DNA of 64,000 nt, taken from a virus. Positions 37,401-45,489 of the stretch are shown in pieces (within the stretch, counting starts at the first letter, position 1; the number at the start of each line of letters is the position of its first letter). The notes under the pieces were generated by a model. The model ran no database searches, was not told where the DNA came from, and worked only from the letters and a program-made list of their open reading frames with translations. The stretch lies in the IMG/VR virus record IMGVR_UViG_3300017774_005745, positions 1 to 64,000 of that record. The stretch is one strand, 5' to 3'. The position numbers and the translations under genes were made by a program.

Positions 37401-38964
37401 AGATGGTCTCGTTGTTACTGGGAATCAAATCTACCTAACAAATCCAGACAGCACCTCGTGTACGGGAATTGGGATTCGTCTGGGCTCCTCTGCGAATGTG
37501 ACCTGCGTTGGGAATTACATTCGGTCAACAGGTGGAACGGACGCAGTGTCTCAAGACATGATCGGTATTCACATGTCTGCCTGCACGGGCTCAGTAGTGA
37601 GTTCGAACATTGTATCCATGGAATCCATCCTCGGAACGAAATCTTGGAAGGGTATCCAATTCGGAGACAACGAGAACTGCACTGTCTCTAATAACAAAGT
37701 TCATTCGTTTGGGAAGCCGGTTCACGACAACGGCACATCAAGCTTCGGAATGGCCTGGCTCGGAAACGAGTTTGTCTCCACGACTGCTGTTGCAGCCGCC
37801 TCTCTGATCGACCGAATCTGGGGACGTGTCGAAGGCAATCGCTTCTACTGGAATGGGACCGGATCCGCGCAGACTCTGAGCGCCAAGTACGGACCTGGCA
37901 TTGTGAAGGGTAACGTGTCTGAGGGCGCTACCTTCACCATTCTCGCATCAGAGGAGACTATTCCTTCTGTTGTCGAAGGCAACACATCCAGTGGCGTATT
38001 CGATGTCACGAGCACAACAACCGCAACAAACATCAACTTCTCCAACAACCTCGTAACGGGGAACAGCACGTTCACGACAGTCGTCGGGGATATCAAGTTC
38101 AGTGGAAATAACGTTGGAGGGAACCTCAGCATTGCTGGGAACCAGATTCGACGTCTACTAATCACAGCTTCTAGAGTTGTTGGTACAACGACGCTCGAAG
38201 CGGCTAGCACCTCCGTCATCACGATTACTGGTTCTTCGTTCGATGGTCAGTTTACTATTACGAGCGCGCCATCTACTCTAATCTCTGGATGTTCTTTCTT
38301 CTCTACATCCACGACGACGATTGCTGCTACTCTTAGTATGTCGAACTGCCAGGTATTCGGTACTCTCTCCTTGGGTGGGTTCGCTACTCAGATTATCGAT
38401 AGCTGCCGAATTCAAGGGCAGTTGTTGTTCACAGCAGACTTCTCAAACGTCCAAGTAAGAGTATCTAACTGCACCATCATCCCTCAGGATCAGGCGCTTG
38501 ATGCCATCTCTTTCCCAGCACTCACATTCCCTGCCGATGTGCATATTTCAGTTACTGGGAATAACGTTGTCTTTGGGACCGTGAGCGCCGTCTCACCCCA
38601 GGCAAACTGCCTTCGTTTCCTCGGGAACGTAGGTCGGACTGTAATCAACTCGAACCGGTTCATCTTGGCAGGTGCTACTGCACCAGGCTCGGGAGCAACC
38701 GCTGCCTTCTCTTGTATTCGGTTCGATGGAACGACCGCTAACGGTCCAGCAGTCATAACGGGTAACTATCTGGATAGAAGAGGTGCTTCATTTGTGTACG
38801 GATTCGGGACCATCACCTACTGGCTCATCTCAGCCGCCGCAACGTCTGCTGCGACGCAACTGGCCGGGGCAGGTAATGTGGGTATCTCGAACAACGCATT
38901 CGTTGCCGGAGTGGGGTCAGGCGGCGTTCTTCTCCACGACTCATCAGCAGCCTACACTCTGTGA
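34462..38964 (+). CDS. tailspike / receptor-binding protein with long right-handed beta-helix (pectin-lyase-like)
   Basis: 1500 aa. From about aa 590, Asn/Gly/Thr-rich repeats of the I.GN.I, V.NN.I, VSSNIV, VEGN type. Confidence 0.75.
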   Translation: MPSMDYFRRPQLSGKNITRTTNAVLRGSLRRSNADGVSVVPYFPAAVAAQTLNVSIDGTPFVVTLTGNGINTVIADINTAIGVAGTAFDSDGTISIRSATAGTPSSVEVTGGSAATALGFEVTLGGLRVTGGDIPSSPEGRIGNAAGIGFPNSSENLTSESVNRALARVSANSDVLFADLMRHDVVLKPVSFSTSDRRLLTLTASQRVFIGSPGLFTGANPTKEELVPYYQVIDNSNGQPAQSRVVGVVRGSPAGLPPFAAATTWVGGGSSGSVINTSFDKVTAAAITNIANGRIVTCSAANFSDVVVGDFAEITGATNTSPISNNGDKWVVEQVINTTTLALRPLTAAQISGVGATPTTEVQPLVELSSSKTGPESWGSLSIYNGFFTSQAQLIVDPPLPTGGSYTVLCAVPRTFRERQPFDEALNARASMVPLVSDDDLVENWTLSGLVATPSGPNLAVTAGKIRWNGRVYTIPARTFLPGAFTNNTRNYLYWDEATADYAISTSISTFGNVLDSVATTNRGHQIAVVDLSAGAISNIIPNIRNRAEKAIPLTVGEGGQFSSIPAVASYISNISANYPGETATLNGTFPHFEVIIVGNVFGGSSPIPRFTTVGLTIRGINEKATVDLGALVGALEFDVKFLEIRDLKVAPGVGLAGLVSSTGLDSIDRVTLRNLNQGGGSFQSVVINDVFEAPISELIVEGCTLTTRSGISSCVGGAGTGIPNIRVENSTFEYVGGSGVVPRFVYSAVGPNNWNGSSFYMSNCTFTGAWGGTTAWTGSNSFLLASNTASRITIRDVVWANGAIPSTNISYLVNASTAFALISNFRMSSGSIPVALNLGANGIVENSSFTTTTSLNNYAVSANVVRGCSLNQLDIAAAGFSGSGIRTIGDNARIEGNLVSGGYYVGIRNPDLASYIVVANNRINITGLTNSTANAFGGCFAGIQTGDTAVGAQVLSNSITIGTVYGTFHGITPDLGGSGDGLVVTGNQIYLTNPDSTSCTGIGIRLGSSANVTCVGNYIRSTGGTDAVSQDMIGIHMSACTGSVVSSNIVSMESILGTKSWKGIQFGDNENCTVSNNKVHSFGKPVHDNGTSSFGMAWLGNEFVSTTAVAAASLIDRIWGRVEGNRFYWNGTGSAQTLSAKYGPGIVKGNVSEGATFTILASEETIPSVVEGNTSSGVFDVTSTTTATNINFSNNLVTGNSTFTTVVGDIKFSGNNVGGNLSIAGNQIRRLLITASRVVGTTTLEAASTSVITITGSSFDGQFTITSAPSTLISGCSFFSTSTTTIAATLSMSNCQVFGTLSLGGFATQIIDSCRIQGQLLFTADFSNVQVRVSNCTIIPQDQALDAISFPALTFPADVHISVTGNNVVFGTVSAVSPQANCLRFLGNVGRTVINSNRFILAGATAPGSGATAAFSCIRFDGTTANGPAVITGNYLDRRGASFVYGFGTITYWLISAAATSAATQLAGAGNVGISNNAFVAGVGSGGVLLHDSSAAYTL

Positions 38965-39018
38965 TTCTCAATAAGCCTACATTCGATATACACTGAGGTT
39001 CCTCTTCAAGGAGAACAT

Positions 39019-39618
39019 ATGTTTAAGAACATTCTTTTGTTGTCTCTCGTACTTTCAACAGCGTCTCTTGCGTCCGAAGACGCAGGGCTCGTTGTGGAGT
39101 CCTCTGGTGGTGTCATCGATGCCGGTTCGATGGTCGTTGTTCTTGACCCAGTGGTCGATGCAGGAATGCCTGCAGTATCTCCAGTACTCGTCACAGACAC
39201 TTCCTCCCTCGACAATCCGATGGTGTTCGTGAAGGTGATTGTTGATGGGGTGAAGGCGGGAGACTGGGCAACTGCTGCTGCAGCTCTTCTCGTTCTTGTT
39301 GTCGCTCTCTTGAAGATGTTCGGTAAGAAGCTCCACGACTTCATTCCAGACACCAGCCCGTTGGATAAGCCACTCTGGTTCCTGTTTGATACCAAGCCTG
39401 GTGGGTGGTTGTTGAACTTCCTCTTCTCGACCGGTGCAGGTATCGGACTCTCGATTGCAGCAGGTGAGAAGGTCACCTGGGCGCTCATCAAGCCCATCTT
39501 GACCGTGTCGCTCTCTGCAGCCGCAATCTGGGGCCTCTGGAAGGACATCTCAGAGTGGATGAAGGAGCGTAAGAAGGCTCCAGAGCCGAAGCCTGAGGAT
39601 CCGAAACCGGTGGCCTAA
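39019..39618 (+). CDS. membrane protein with signal peptide and multiple TM segments (lysis-associated, holin-like)
   Basis: SD AAGGAG; MFKNILLLSLVLSTASLA signal, DAG repeats, hydrophobic segments; directly precedes the spanins. Confidence 0.6.
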   Translation: MFKNILLLSLVLSTASLASEDAGLVVESSGGVIDAGSMVVVLDPVVDAGMPAVSPVLVTDTSSLDNPMVFVKVIVDGVKAGDWATAAAALLVLVVALLKMFGKKLHDFIPDTSPLDKPLWFLFDTKPGGWLLNFLFSTGAGIGLSIAAGEKVTWALIKPILTVSLSAAAIWGLWKDISEWMKERKKAPEPKPEDPKPVA

Positions 39619-39938
39619 TGATTTACTTCGCTATGGCCACGCTCATCCTAGCTGCAATCGCAGGCGTGATTGCAGCTTCGATGATTTCTAAGGTCAAGAT
39701 TCAGAAAGCCGAGATTGGATCTCTAACGACAGAGAAGGCAGAGCTCATCAAGGAGAAGGACGCTACAAAGGCAAAGCTTGACGAAGAGACCTCAAGGAGA
39801 GAGACTCTTATCGAAGCCCTCAAGAAAGAGATCGATTCCCTTGAAAAAGACCTTGAAGCGTGCCGTGATCCTGCTGTCGTTCGTTCTCGGCTTCGGAAGC
39901 TGTTTACCGTTGAAGAAGGAAGTCCTCCCACCACGTGA
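39618..39938 (+). CDS. Rz-like inner-membrane spanin
   Basis: N-terminal TM segment (ATLILAAIAGVIAASMI) plus coiled coil; overlapped by a lipoprotein ORF. Confidence 0.65.
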   Translation: MIYFAMATLILAAIAGVIAASMISKVKIQKAEIGSLTTEKAELIKEKDATKAKLDEETSRRETLIEALKKEIDSLEKDLEACRDPAVVRSRLRKLFTVEEGSPPTT

Positions 39939-40137
39939 GAACTGTCTAACGGAACCACCTCCTCGCATCATCTCCGTCGTTGATTCAGAAGCCAACTGCC
40001 CTCCTGAGTTTGCTTACTGTCTTGACCCGAACGCCGGAGCTGCTCTTGAGAAGAATACGAGAGACCTGAGAAGGTATGCGAAGGAGGCGTGGATCCGTTG
40101 TGGTGTCCCCGATGGGGGAATTCCTCCAGGCTATTAA
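39853..40137 (+). CDS. Rz1-like outer-membrane lipoprotein spanin
   Basis: Proposed TTG start 39853: MKRAVILLSFVLGFGS-C lipobox, Pro- and Cys-containing mature region; starts inside the Rz-like gene in another frame. Confidence 0.65.
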   Translation: MKRAVILLSFVLGFGSCLPLKKEVLPPRENCLTEPPPRIISVVDSEANCPPEFAYCLDPNAGAALEKNTRDLRRYAKEAWIRCGVPDGGIPPGY

Positions 40138-40183
40138 CCAGACAATCGCAGAGGGCTCTTTGCTCTGTGGAAGGAGAACTTCT

Positions 40184-40438
40184 ATGGGAATTAAAGAGCG
40201 TCTATTGGGAGTTGGAAATCAAGAGAAGGTCGCAACACTTGTCATCTACTGGGCAGATACTCAGCAGCTCCTCACCCACCTAGAGAGAACGATTCTTTCG
40301 AACCACACTACTTTAGTAGTCGATGTGACCCCTCTTGAGGTCCTTCTAGAGGATTCTATTACTGGAAGGAAAGTCGTCGTTCGAGGTATCAACGACGAGG
40401 GTCTACCGAAGTGGTTGCTTTCGCACTCTGAAGACTAA
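40184..40438 (+). CDS. hypothetical protein (84 aa)
   Basis: Start moved to ATG 40184 (SD AAGGAG). Confidence 0.65.
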   Translation: MGIKERLLGVGNQEKVATLVIYWADTQQLLTHLERTILSNHTTLVVDVTPLEVLLEDSITGRKVVVRGINDEGLPKWLLSHSED

Positions 40439-40443
40439 AAAAG

Positions 40444-40475
40444 AGAGGGACTCCCGACGTCTCGGGAGTCCCTCT
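40444..40475. terminator. intrinsic terminator at the convergence of structural and replication blocks
   Basis: Perfect 14-bp inverted repeat agagggactcccga-cgtc-tcgggagtccctct, with an A run on the left (U tract for minus-strand transcripts). Confidence 0.85.
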
Positions 40476-40478
40476 TGC

Positions 40479-40733
40479 TTACTTCAAAATACCAGAAGCA
40501 GCGTTGACCAACTTCATCATAATGGCCGCTCGCTCCTCTTCGGGTCTAATCAAAATACCCAAAGTGGTTTCTGCGAACTCAATCAGTTCTTGATTGGTGA
40601 GCTTCCATAGCTCGTCCGCATCTACTTCCAACAATACTGGAGGCTCTGTGTTTGGACGCCGACCAGCAGGAGGCTCCGCCTTGACCTCCTGCTGTGTTTG
40701 AGTCGGAGCCCCAACTAAGGGCGCGGCACGAAC
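40479..40733 (-). other. 84-codon open frame with no start codon near its 5' end; likely -1 frameshift extension of ORF 40715-41740
   Basis: Own translation: VRAAPLVGAPTQTQQEVKAEPP...DADELWKLTNQELIEFAETTLGILIRPEEERAAIMMKLVNAASGILK-stop, ending right at the terminator. Confidence 0.5.
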
Positions 40734-41740
40734 TTAGCGAGGTACTCCTTGAAGGCAGGAGCAGTAGTCGCCTTTGCTTCGACAGCCGCTGCACCGACCG
40801 CAGGGTTGTGGAGATAGAGGTGATGGATTGCACCCATCATCAACTCCAACGTCCTCTGAGTCTCCTTCAGAGTAGTCTCCAGAGACGTCAGAGACTTGTT
40901 CTGAGAGTTGATTTGCTCAGAGAGATTACCCACGAACTGGGAGAAGTCCTTCTTGTGGAACTCCAGGTCCTTGCTCACATCCTGGAGACCCATCCCAATC
41001 GCATCGAGCTTCTTCGTCAGCTGATTTCCTGAGACTGCGATGTCCTGTGCTGCGACCTGCACTGGAGCTGCGGCAGGAAGCGGAGCGGGGAGAGGAGCAG
41101 GTGCTGGAGCGGGAAGTGGTGCTGCCTCCGCCGCTGCAGGGAACATCATGACCTGTGCCTGATAGACTGGAGCAGCGGCCGGAAGAGGTGCAGGTGCCAC
41201 GGTGATGGTCTGAGCTCCAGGAGGAGCCGCAGGAGCAGCCACAGGGGTTGCGACGACTGGCGGTGCCACGGCAGCCGTCAGACGAGGACCTGGGCGCTTC
41301 TTTCCGATTGGTGAGTTTTCCATAGGAGGAGGTTGAGGCTGGGGGACGGATTGGTTTGCAGGAACTTCGGGTGGAGGTTGTGGGGCGGCTTGAGGAGGCT
41401 GAATGAGAACAACGACAGACTGAGGCTGTTCGACAGGGGCTGCAGCAACTGGTACTGCGACTGCTCCTCTATCATCTACGAGCCACCCTTGCGCAAGCTC
41501 ATACTCAAGAAGCCTCTGTCGAACGAGGTTCCTGTCGTTGATGGAGTCGTTGTAGTCGCAGAAGGGCTTCCCGTCTGGATACACGTAACCCATTACAACA
41601 GAGCCATCTGGTTGCGTAATCTTGAGCCCCTCCGTGGCTGCTTTCCGAAGTGGAAAGAACAGGCAGTTCTTCATGGCCTGTTCTCGTTGTGAGTACGGCT
41701 GACCGATTGGGTTCGGCGGCAGTGTTATGGCTTCACTCAT
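40715..41740 (-). CDS. hypothetical protein with Pro/Ala/Gln-rich linker and coiled coil
   Basis: 341 aa; PAAAPV/PAPAP repeats; heptad region LTKKLDAIGMGLQDVSKDL. Confidence 0.75.
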   Translation of the reverse strand: MSEAITLPPNPIGQPYSQREQAMKNCLFFPLRKAATEGLKITQPDGSVVMGYVYPDGKPFCDYNDSINDRNLVRQRLLEYELAQGWLVDDRGAVAVPVAAAPVEQPQSVVVLIQPPQAAPQPPPEVPANQSVPQPQPPPMENSPIGKKRPGPRLTAAVAPPVVATPVAAPAAPPGAQTITVAPAPLPAAAPVYQAQVMMFPAAAEAAPLPAPAPAPLPAPLPAAAPVQVAAQDIAVSGNQLTKKLDAIGMGLQDVSKDLEFHKKDFSQFVGNLSEQINSQNKSLTSLETTLKETQRTLELMMGAIHHLYLHNPAVGAAAVEAKATTAPAFKEYLAKFVPRP

Positions 41741-41948
41741 CTACATCTCCCTTAGATATCTCTGGTCTATCCAGCATTGCTTTGATTGAGAGCTTCTCAC
41801 CGTACTTTTGAATCGTCGCTTCTCTTGCCCTGAATACTGCTTCTGGAACTGGGTTGAACCTTGAGCATGTGTAGTCCGTCGCAACCTTTCGCTCATCCGT
41901 CTCGTTGCAGACGCTCAATCTTGAACAGCTAAGACAGAAGCCCCTCAT
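41733..41948 (-). CDS. small Cys-rich protein
   Basis: Start moved to ATG 41948; CLSCSRLSVC...C. Confidence 0.6.
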   Translation of the reverse strand: MRGFCLSCSRLSVCNETDERKVATDYTCSRFNPVPEAVFRAREATIQKYGEKLSIKAMLDRPEISKGDVDE

Positions 41949-42265
41949 CCGAGGTTCACCAATTCTTTGTTCGGACTGAAGCACGCTGCGTGTCTTCCCT
42001 CCGAACAAGGATACGTTGTGCATTTCCCATCGCACCCCGGAAGTTGGCTTCTAGTCTTTTCCCAGTGCTTTTCAATGAATTTCTGAAGAAGCTCTCTCGT
42101 GTGTTTTGTATCAGCGTAGTGTTGCGGCTCGGGGTCTATCTCCCCTCGAACGATTTTGAAGAGGGTGTCCCTTGGGAGTCCTCTTCTGATTCGCCCAAGT
42201 CCCTGCTGATACGCAAGTTGAAGGAGCTCCGATTCGTTGCACTCCAGCAGAGGTGTGTCATCCAT
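41945..42265 (-). CDS. hypothetical protein with C-terminal Cys/His cluster
   Basis: Start moved to ATG 42265 (TAATG overlap); CDGKCTTYPCSEGRHAAC. Confidence 0.65.
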   Translation of the reverse strand: MDDTPLLECNESELLQLAYQQGLGRIRRGLPRDTLFKIVRGEIDPEPQHYADTKHTRELLQKFIEKHWEKTRSQLPGCDGKCTTYPCSEGRHAACFSPNKELVNLG

Positions 42266-42681
42266 TAGTCGTCCATGTTGTCTTCTTCTCGAAACCGAGC
42301 CCACCTCGAAATCCAGCCGTCCTTGGACTTATCAATCTCCAACTTGGCCAGCTCTTCTCGTGATGGGCAACTACCACAGAAAGGGAAAGGGCGTTCTTTG
42401 CATGTTGCAAGTTCGGTTACTTCATACCTATCTGGAGGCTTTCCCTGCCAAAGGTCCGTTACGTTCTTCCATCGAGGGCATTGTACTTGTTCGAGCTTCT
42501 TCTCTGGGGTGTCGAACACGAGTGCGAACTTACTGTTCGGGCATACGTGACATTCTTCCCGAAGTCTCATTAAGCACAGAGCACGATGACGGGACTCGAC
42601 TATCTCTTGGTCTTCTTTGACGGGCCTACAATCTGCATACTTCGCCCTATCCCCAAGCACTAGTTTCTTTTCGTCACTCAA
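42265..42681 (-). CDS. Cys-rich hypothetical protein
   Basis: C..., CLM....CHVC, CPRW, C....PFCGSC; SD AAGGA. Confidence 0.7.
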   Translation of the reverse strand: MSDEKKLVLGDRAKYADCRPVKEDQEIVESRHRALCLMRLREECHVCPNSKFALVFDTPEKKLEQVQCPRWKNVTDLWQGKPPDRYEVTELATCKERPFPFCGSCPSREELAKLEIDKSKDGWISRWARFREEDNMDD

Positions 42682-42692
42682 AGGTGTCCTTG

Positions 42693-43142
42693 CTAGACCC
42701 CGAACAGCTTAGGACTTACCTCCTCTATCTCAATCTCCACCCGCTCATTGAGTGGGTCTTGATGCTTTTCTTGAGAAGCTGCGAAGGTCCGAGAGTCATC
42801 AATATCGATGGCGTCTCGAACGCAGTCCTCCAGAAGCTTAATCCTGTTCGACAGGTCTATTCTCTTATACCTATCCTTCGCTCTCTTTGACGGAGGGAAA
42901 TTCTCATTCTCGAACGTCTCGTTGACGAGAGTCTTGAAGAAGAATCGAAGGTGAAGCGCAAAGAGTCCCTTGGGATTCAGTTGATTGATTTCGTGCAGGT
43001 GGTTCTTTGCAGCCCAGGATGCGAACGTCTCTGCGTACTCTCGTGCTACTCCTGTAAGAATAGTACCTCTGAAGTAGATCTTGTTAGAGGTAGGAGGCAA
43101 CACGGAGTACACCATCTTCATGTGTTCTTTGTAGCCGCTCAT
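42693..43142 (-). CDS. rusA: RusA-like Holliday junction resolvase
   Basis: PPTSN near the N-terminus; DLSNRIKLLEDCVRDAIDIDDS matches the RusA D-x-x-N-x-x-K-x-x-x-D...DD pattern. Confidence 0.8.
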   Translation of the reverse strand: MSGYKEHMKMVYSVLPPTSNKIYFRGTILTGVAREYAETFASWAAKNHLHEINQLNPKGLFALHLRFFFKTLVNETFENENFPPSKRAKDRYKRIDLSNRIKLLEDCVRDAIDIDDSRTFAASQEKHQDPLNERVEIEIEEVSPKLFGV

Positions 43143-44002
43143 GAAAGCATGACCTTGCCGCCTTCTTCCATCTTGTTGATGAACTCATCCAGCTTTCTTC
43201 CGAGCAACTGGTGCTTGGTGCCCATGACTGCGAACGGCTCCATCAGGTCACGACGAGACACTTCCAGAGACTTCAGCACGTCTCTGATGGCCGCCATCTC
43301 CGTCCGTGAGAACGTCACGGCGTACAGGTCATTCTCTTCGAAGAGCTCATACGTTCGAGGGAACAGGCTCTTGACGATGGTTCCAACTGCCTCTGCGAAC
43401 ACTCGAATCTCGAACTGAGCGTTTGGACGAAGGCGCAGATTCAAGAACCCGAGCCAGTTCCTCAGATTCGCCTTGGCCCTCATCTTCGAGTAGCGGCTGA
43501 CCGGGGTGTTGAGACGGGCAATCTCTTTGGATACGCCCTCGGTCAACATCTGTTCGTAGTGGCTGTACGTTTGCTCTTGCTCGTACTGCAACTCTTCAAG
43601 TGTCACTTTGACGTAGTCTTCCGGGAATGACTCTTCACCAGTTCCTTGTTTGTTTTGCCCGCTCTGCTTCTTCAAACGGCTCTGGTCCGGCATGTAGTGG
43701 AGGTTGGGCATCTGCGAGTAGCGTGCAGAGAACTCGTTGTAGCTCTGCGTACGATGCCGCTGCCACTCTCGGAAAACAAGAAGAGGGGCCTGGACTTCGA
43801 TACAGATTTCCCCCATCTCGAATGGGGTTGCGTGCTTCTTCCGCCAGAGGAAGTCCAAAAGGGACGCGTCCTTCTCCCACCCCTCGAAGCCTCTTCCAGT
43901 GCTCATTCGAGCGGCTTCAATGACGCTCTCATCCGAACCCATCGAATCGATGTACTTCACGTACCCGTGGTCGAGTACTTGAATCGTGTGACCTTTGTCC
44001 AT
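43139..44002 (-). CDS. thyX: FAD-dependent thymidylate synthase
   Basis: HATPFE, REWQRHRTQSYNEFSARY, EIARLNTP, NLRNW..FL.LR, AQFEIR. Confidence 0.95.
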   Translation of the reverse strand: MDKGHTIQVLDHGYVKYIDSMGSDESVIEAARMSTGRGFEGWEKDASLLDFLWRKKHATPFEMGEICIEVQAPLLVFREWQRHRTQSYNEFSARYSQMPNLHYMPDQSRLKKQSGQNKQGTGEESFPEDYVKVTLEELQYEQEQTYSHYEQMLTEGVSKEIARLNTPVSRYSKMRAKANLRNWLGFLNLRLRPNAQFEIRVFAEAVGTIVKSLFPRTYELFEENDLYAVTFSRTEMAAIRDVLKSLEVSRRDLMEPFAVMGTKHQLLGRKLDEFINKMEEGGKVMLS

Positions 44003-44010
44003 GTGCTCTC

Positions 44011-44277
44011 CTATGAGATGTCTATTCTCTCTAGTTTTTCTCTCATCACCTGCAGCGCTTCTGGGGTCTGAATACCCTCCCCAAGGACGTGGTAGCCAGA
44101 AGATGCGTGTGACCCATTCTTCTTAATCAGCACGTAACCAACACCTCGGTAGCCGCGCTCCGCGACCCGATTCAGTACAACGATGGCCCAGCGTGTTCCC
44201 TCAGCAACGACACTCGGGTTCAGGTCTGAGAAGGAGTCTCCGTAGTACTTCTTGAGCCAATCTGGTGTAGTGGACAT
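44011..44277 (-). CDS. hypothetical protein (88 aa)
   Basis: ORF between tmk and thyX with tight spacing. Confidence 0.65.
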   Translation of the reverse strand: MSTTPDWLKKYYGDSFSDLNPSVVAEGTRWAIVVLNRVAERGYRGVGYVLIKKNGSHASSGYHVLGEGIQTPEALQVMREKLERIDIS

Positions 44278-44278
44278 G

Positions 44279-44902
44279 TCACGTCTCCGAGTTTCTCAGT
44301 CGCCAATCTGCAATTGCTTGATTGATGGCAGATGTTGTCTCTTCTTTGGATTTTCTTGCATTGATGACGACCCACTCAGCCGGACGTTTTTGACCCATGT
44401 CTTGCCAGAGTTTTCGATAGTTCATAATCACTTGCCGAATGAGCAGCGGGTCTTTCTCGTACCTATCTCTGCGTTCTGACCGTCTCTCCGTGCTATCGTC
44501 TGGCTCGATATCGAGCAAAAGAAACAGGTCAGGTTGTGGGAGATATTCATGCAGGTCGATGAGGTACTGCCCGTCAAGACCGTCTGCCATACCGTATGCG
44601 TACCCACTCGGCCAGTACCTATCCAGTACGACATTCTTACTCTTGAGCTTACTTAGCTCTACCGCGAGCTCCATTCGGTTGGCGATTTGAAGTGACTGAA
44701 ACACCAGCGCATTGATGGGCTCTGGACTTTTGAATCCAGGCCGCAAGATACTCCACTCTCCTTCGAGGTTGGAGTAGATGAGCTGTCCAGTTGGAGAGTC
44801 CTTGTTTGGGAATTTAAAGAATCTGGCATTCAAGTACTTCGTGAGAAGACTCGCTTGAGTTGATTTCCCACACCCATCAACTCCCTCAATACATACCATC
44901 AT
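44279..44902 (-). CDS. tmk: thymidylate kinase
   Basis: IEGVDGCGKST P-loop, FPN, ANR, VVLDRY..SG.AY, PQPDLFLLLD. Confidence 0.92.
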   Translation of the reverse strand: MMVCIEGVDGCGKSTQASLLTKYLNARFFKFPNKDSPTGQLIYSNLEGEWSILRPGFKSPEPINALVFQSLQIANRMELAVELSKLKSKNVVLDRYWPSGYAYGMADGLDGQYLIDLHEYLPQPDLFLLLDIEPDDSTERRSERRDRYEKDPLLIRQVIMNYRKLWQDMGQKRPAEWVVINARKSKEETTSAINQAIADWRLRNSET

Positions 44903-44908
44903 AGTGAG

Positions 44909-45487
44909 TCACCTTTTGAATGCAGATCTGAAGTTTGGAGTTACGTTACCTACGTTCTCCATTCTCTTTGCTCTTTCAATTCCTTGACCACGCTGAGTGA
45001 TTCTTCGAGACACCGTGTCCCAGTCAGACTGTCCCTTATCACGAATTGACTTCACGTACTCGTAGTAGCTGTAGCAGTAGAGATACCGAGCTTTTGCCTC
45101 AATTACTTTTGGATGGGTATTCATCATATCCGTCTTGTCCTGAGCAGTGATTTTCCCTTCCTGAGCTCGGACTGCGATTCGGATATGGCTTTGGATGAAC
45201 TCCAATTGTTGTTCCGCTACTCCCATCTTCGTCTCGGCCGTTACCAAGTCCATTTGAACGTAAGCGACCCACCCATTGAGTTTGTTGAGAAGCTCTCCAA
45301 GGGCATCATCGTCCAGATTCGTAATGGAGTCCGGCATGATTCCCATAAACCCATCGCTGGGCTTACCTTGAATCGGGTAGCCCTTCTCCAGGACGGCTCG
45401 AAACACATCATCTGCTACTTCGAGCTGCTTGAGGCCCGTACTCATATCCATCGGGTCTGCAACTCGAACGCTTCCAAGAGTCGGCAT
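44909..45487 (-). CDS. helical coiled-coil protein (possibly UvsY-like recombination mediator)
   Basis: Long helical region; lies in the recombination cluster. The UvsY link is weak. Confidence 0.4.
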   Translation of the reverse strand: MPTLGSVRVADPMDMSTGLKQLEVADDVFRAVLEKGYPIQGKPSDGFMGIMPDSITNLDDDALGELLNKLNGWVAYVQMDLVTAETKMGVAEQQLEFIQSHIRIAVRAQEGKITAQDKTDMMNTHPKVIEAKARYLYCYSYYEYVKSIRDKGQSDWDTVSRRITQRGQGIERAKRMENVGNVTPNFRSAFKR

Positions 45488-45489
45488 GG

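Noticed and set aside
34462-38964. Diversity-generating retroelement acting on the tailspike
   Set aside because: No reverse transcriptase and no TR/VR-like repeat pair seen in the window.
40579-40833. Track ORF (84 aa, minus strand) as the gene filling the 40479-40715 gap
   Set aside because: Its Ser/Arg/Cys-rich sequence looks like a shadow frame, and it stops 100 nt short of the terminator; the third frame is more protein-like.
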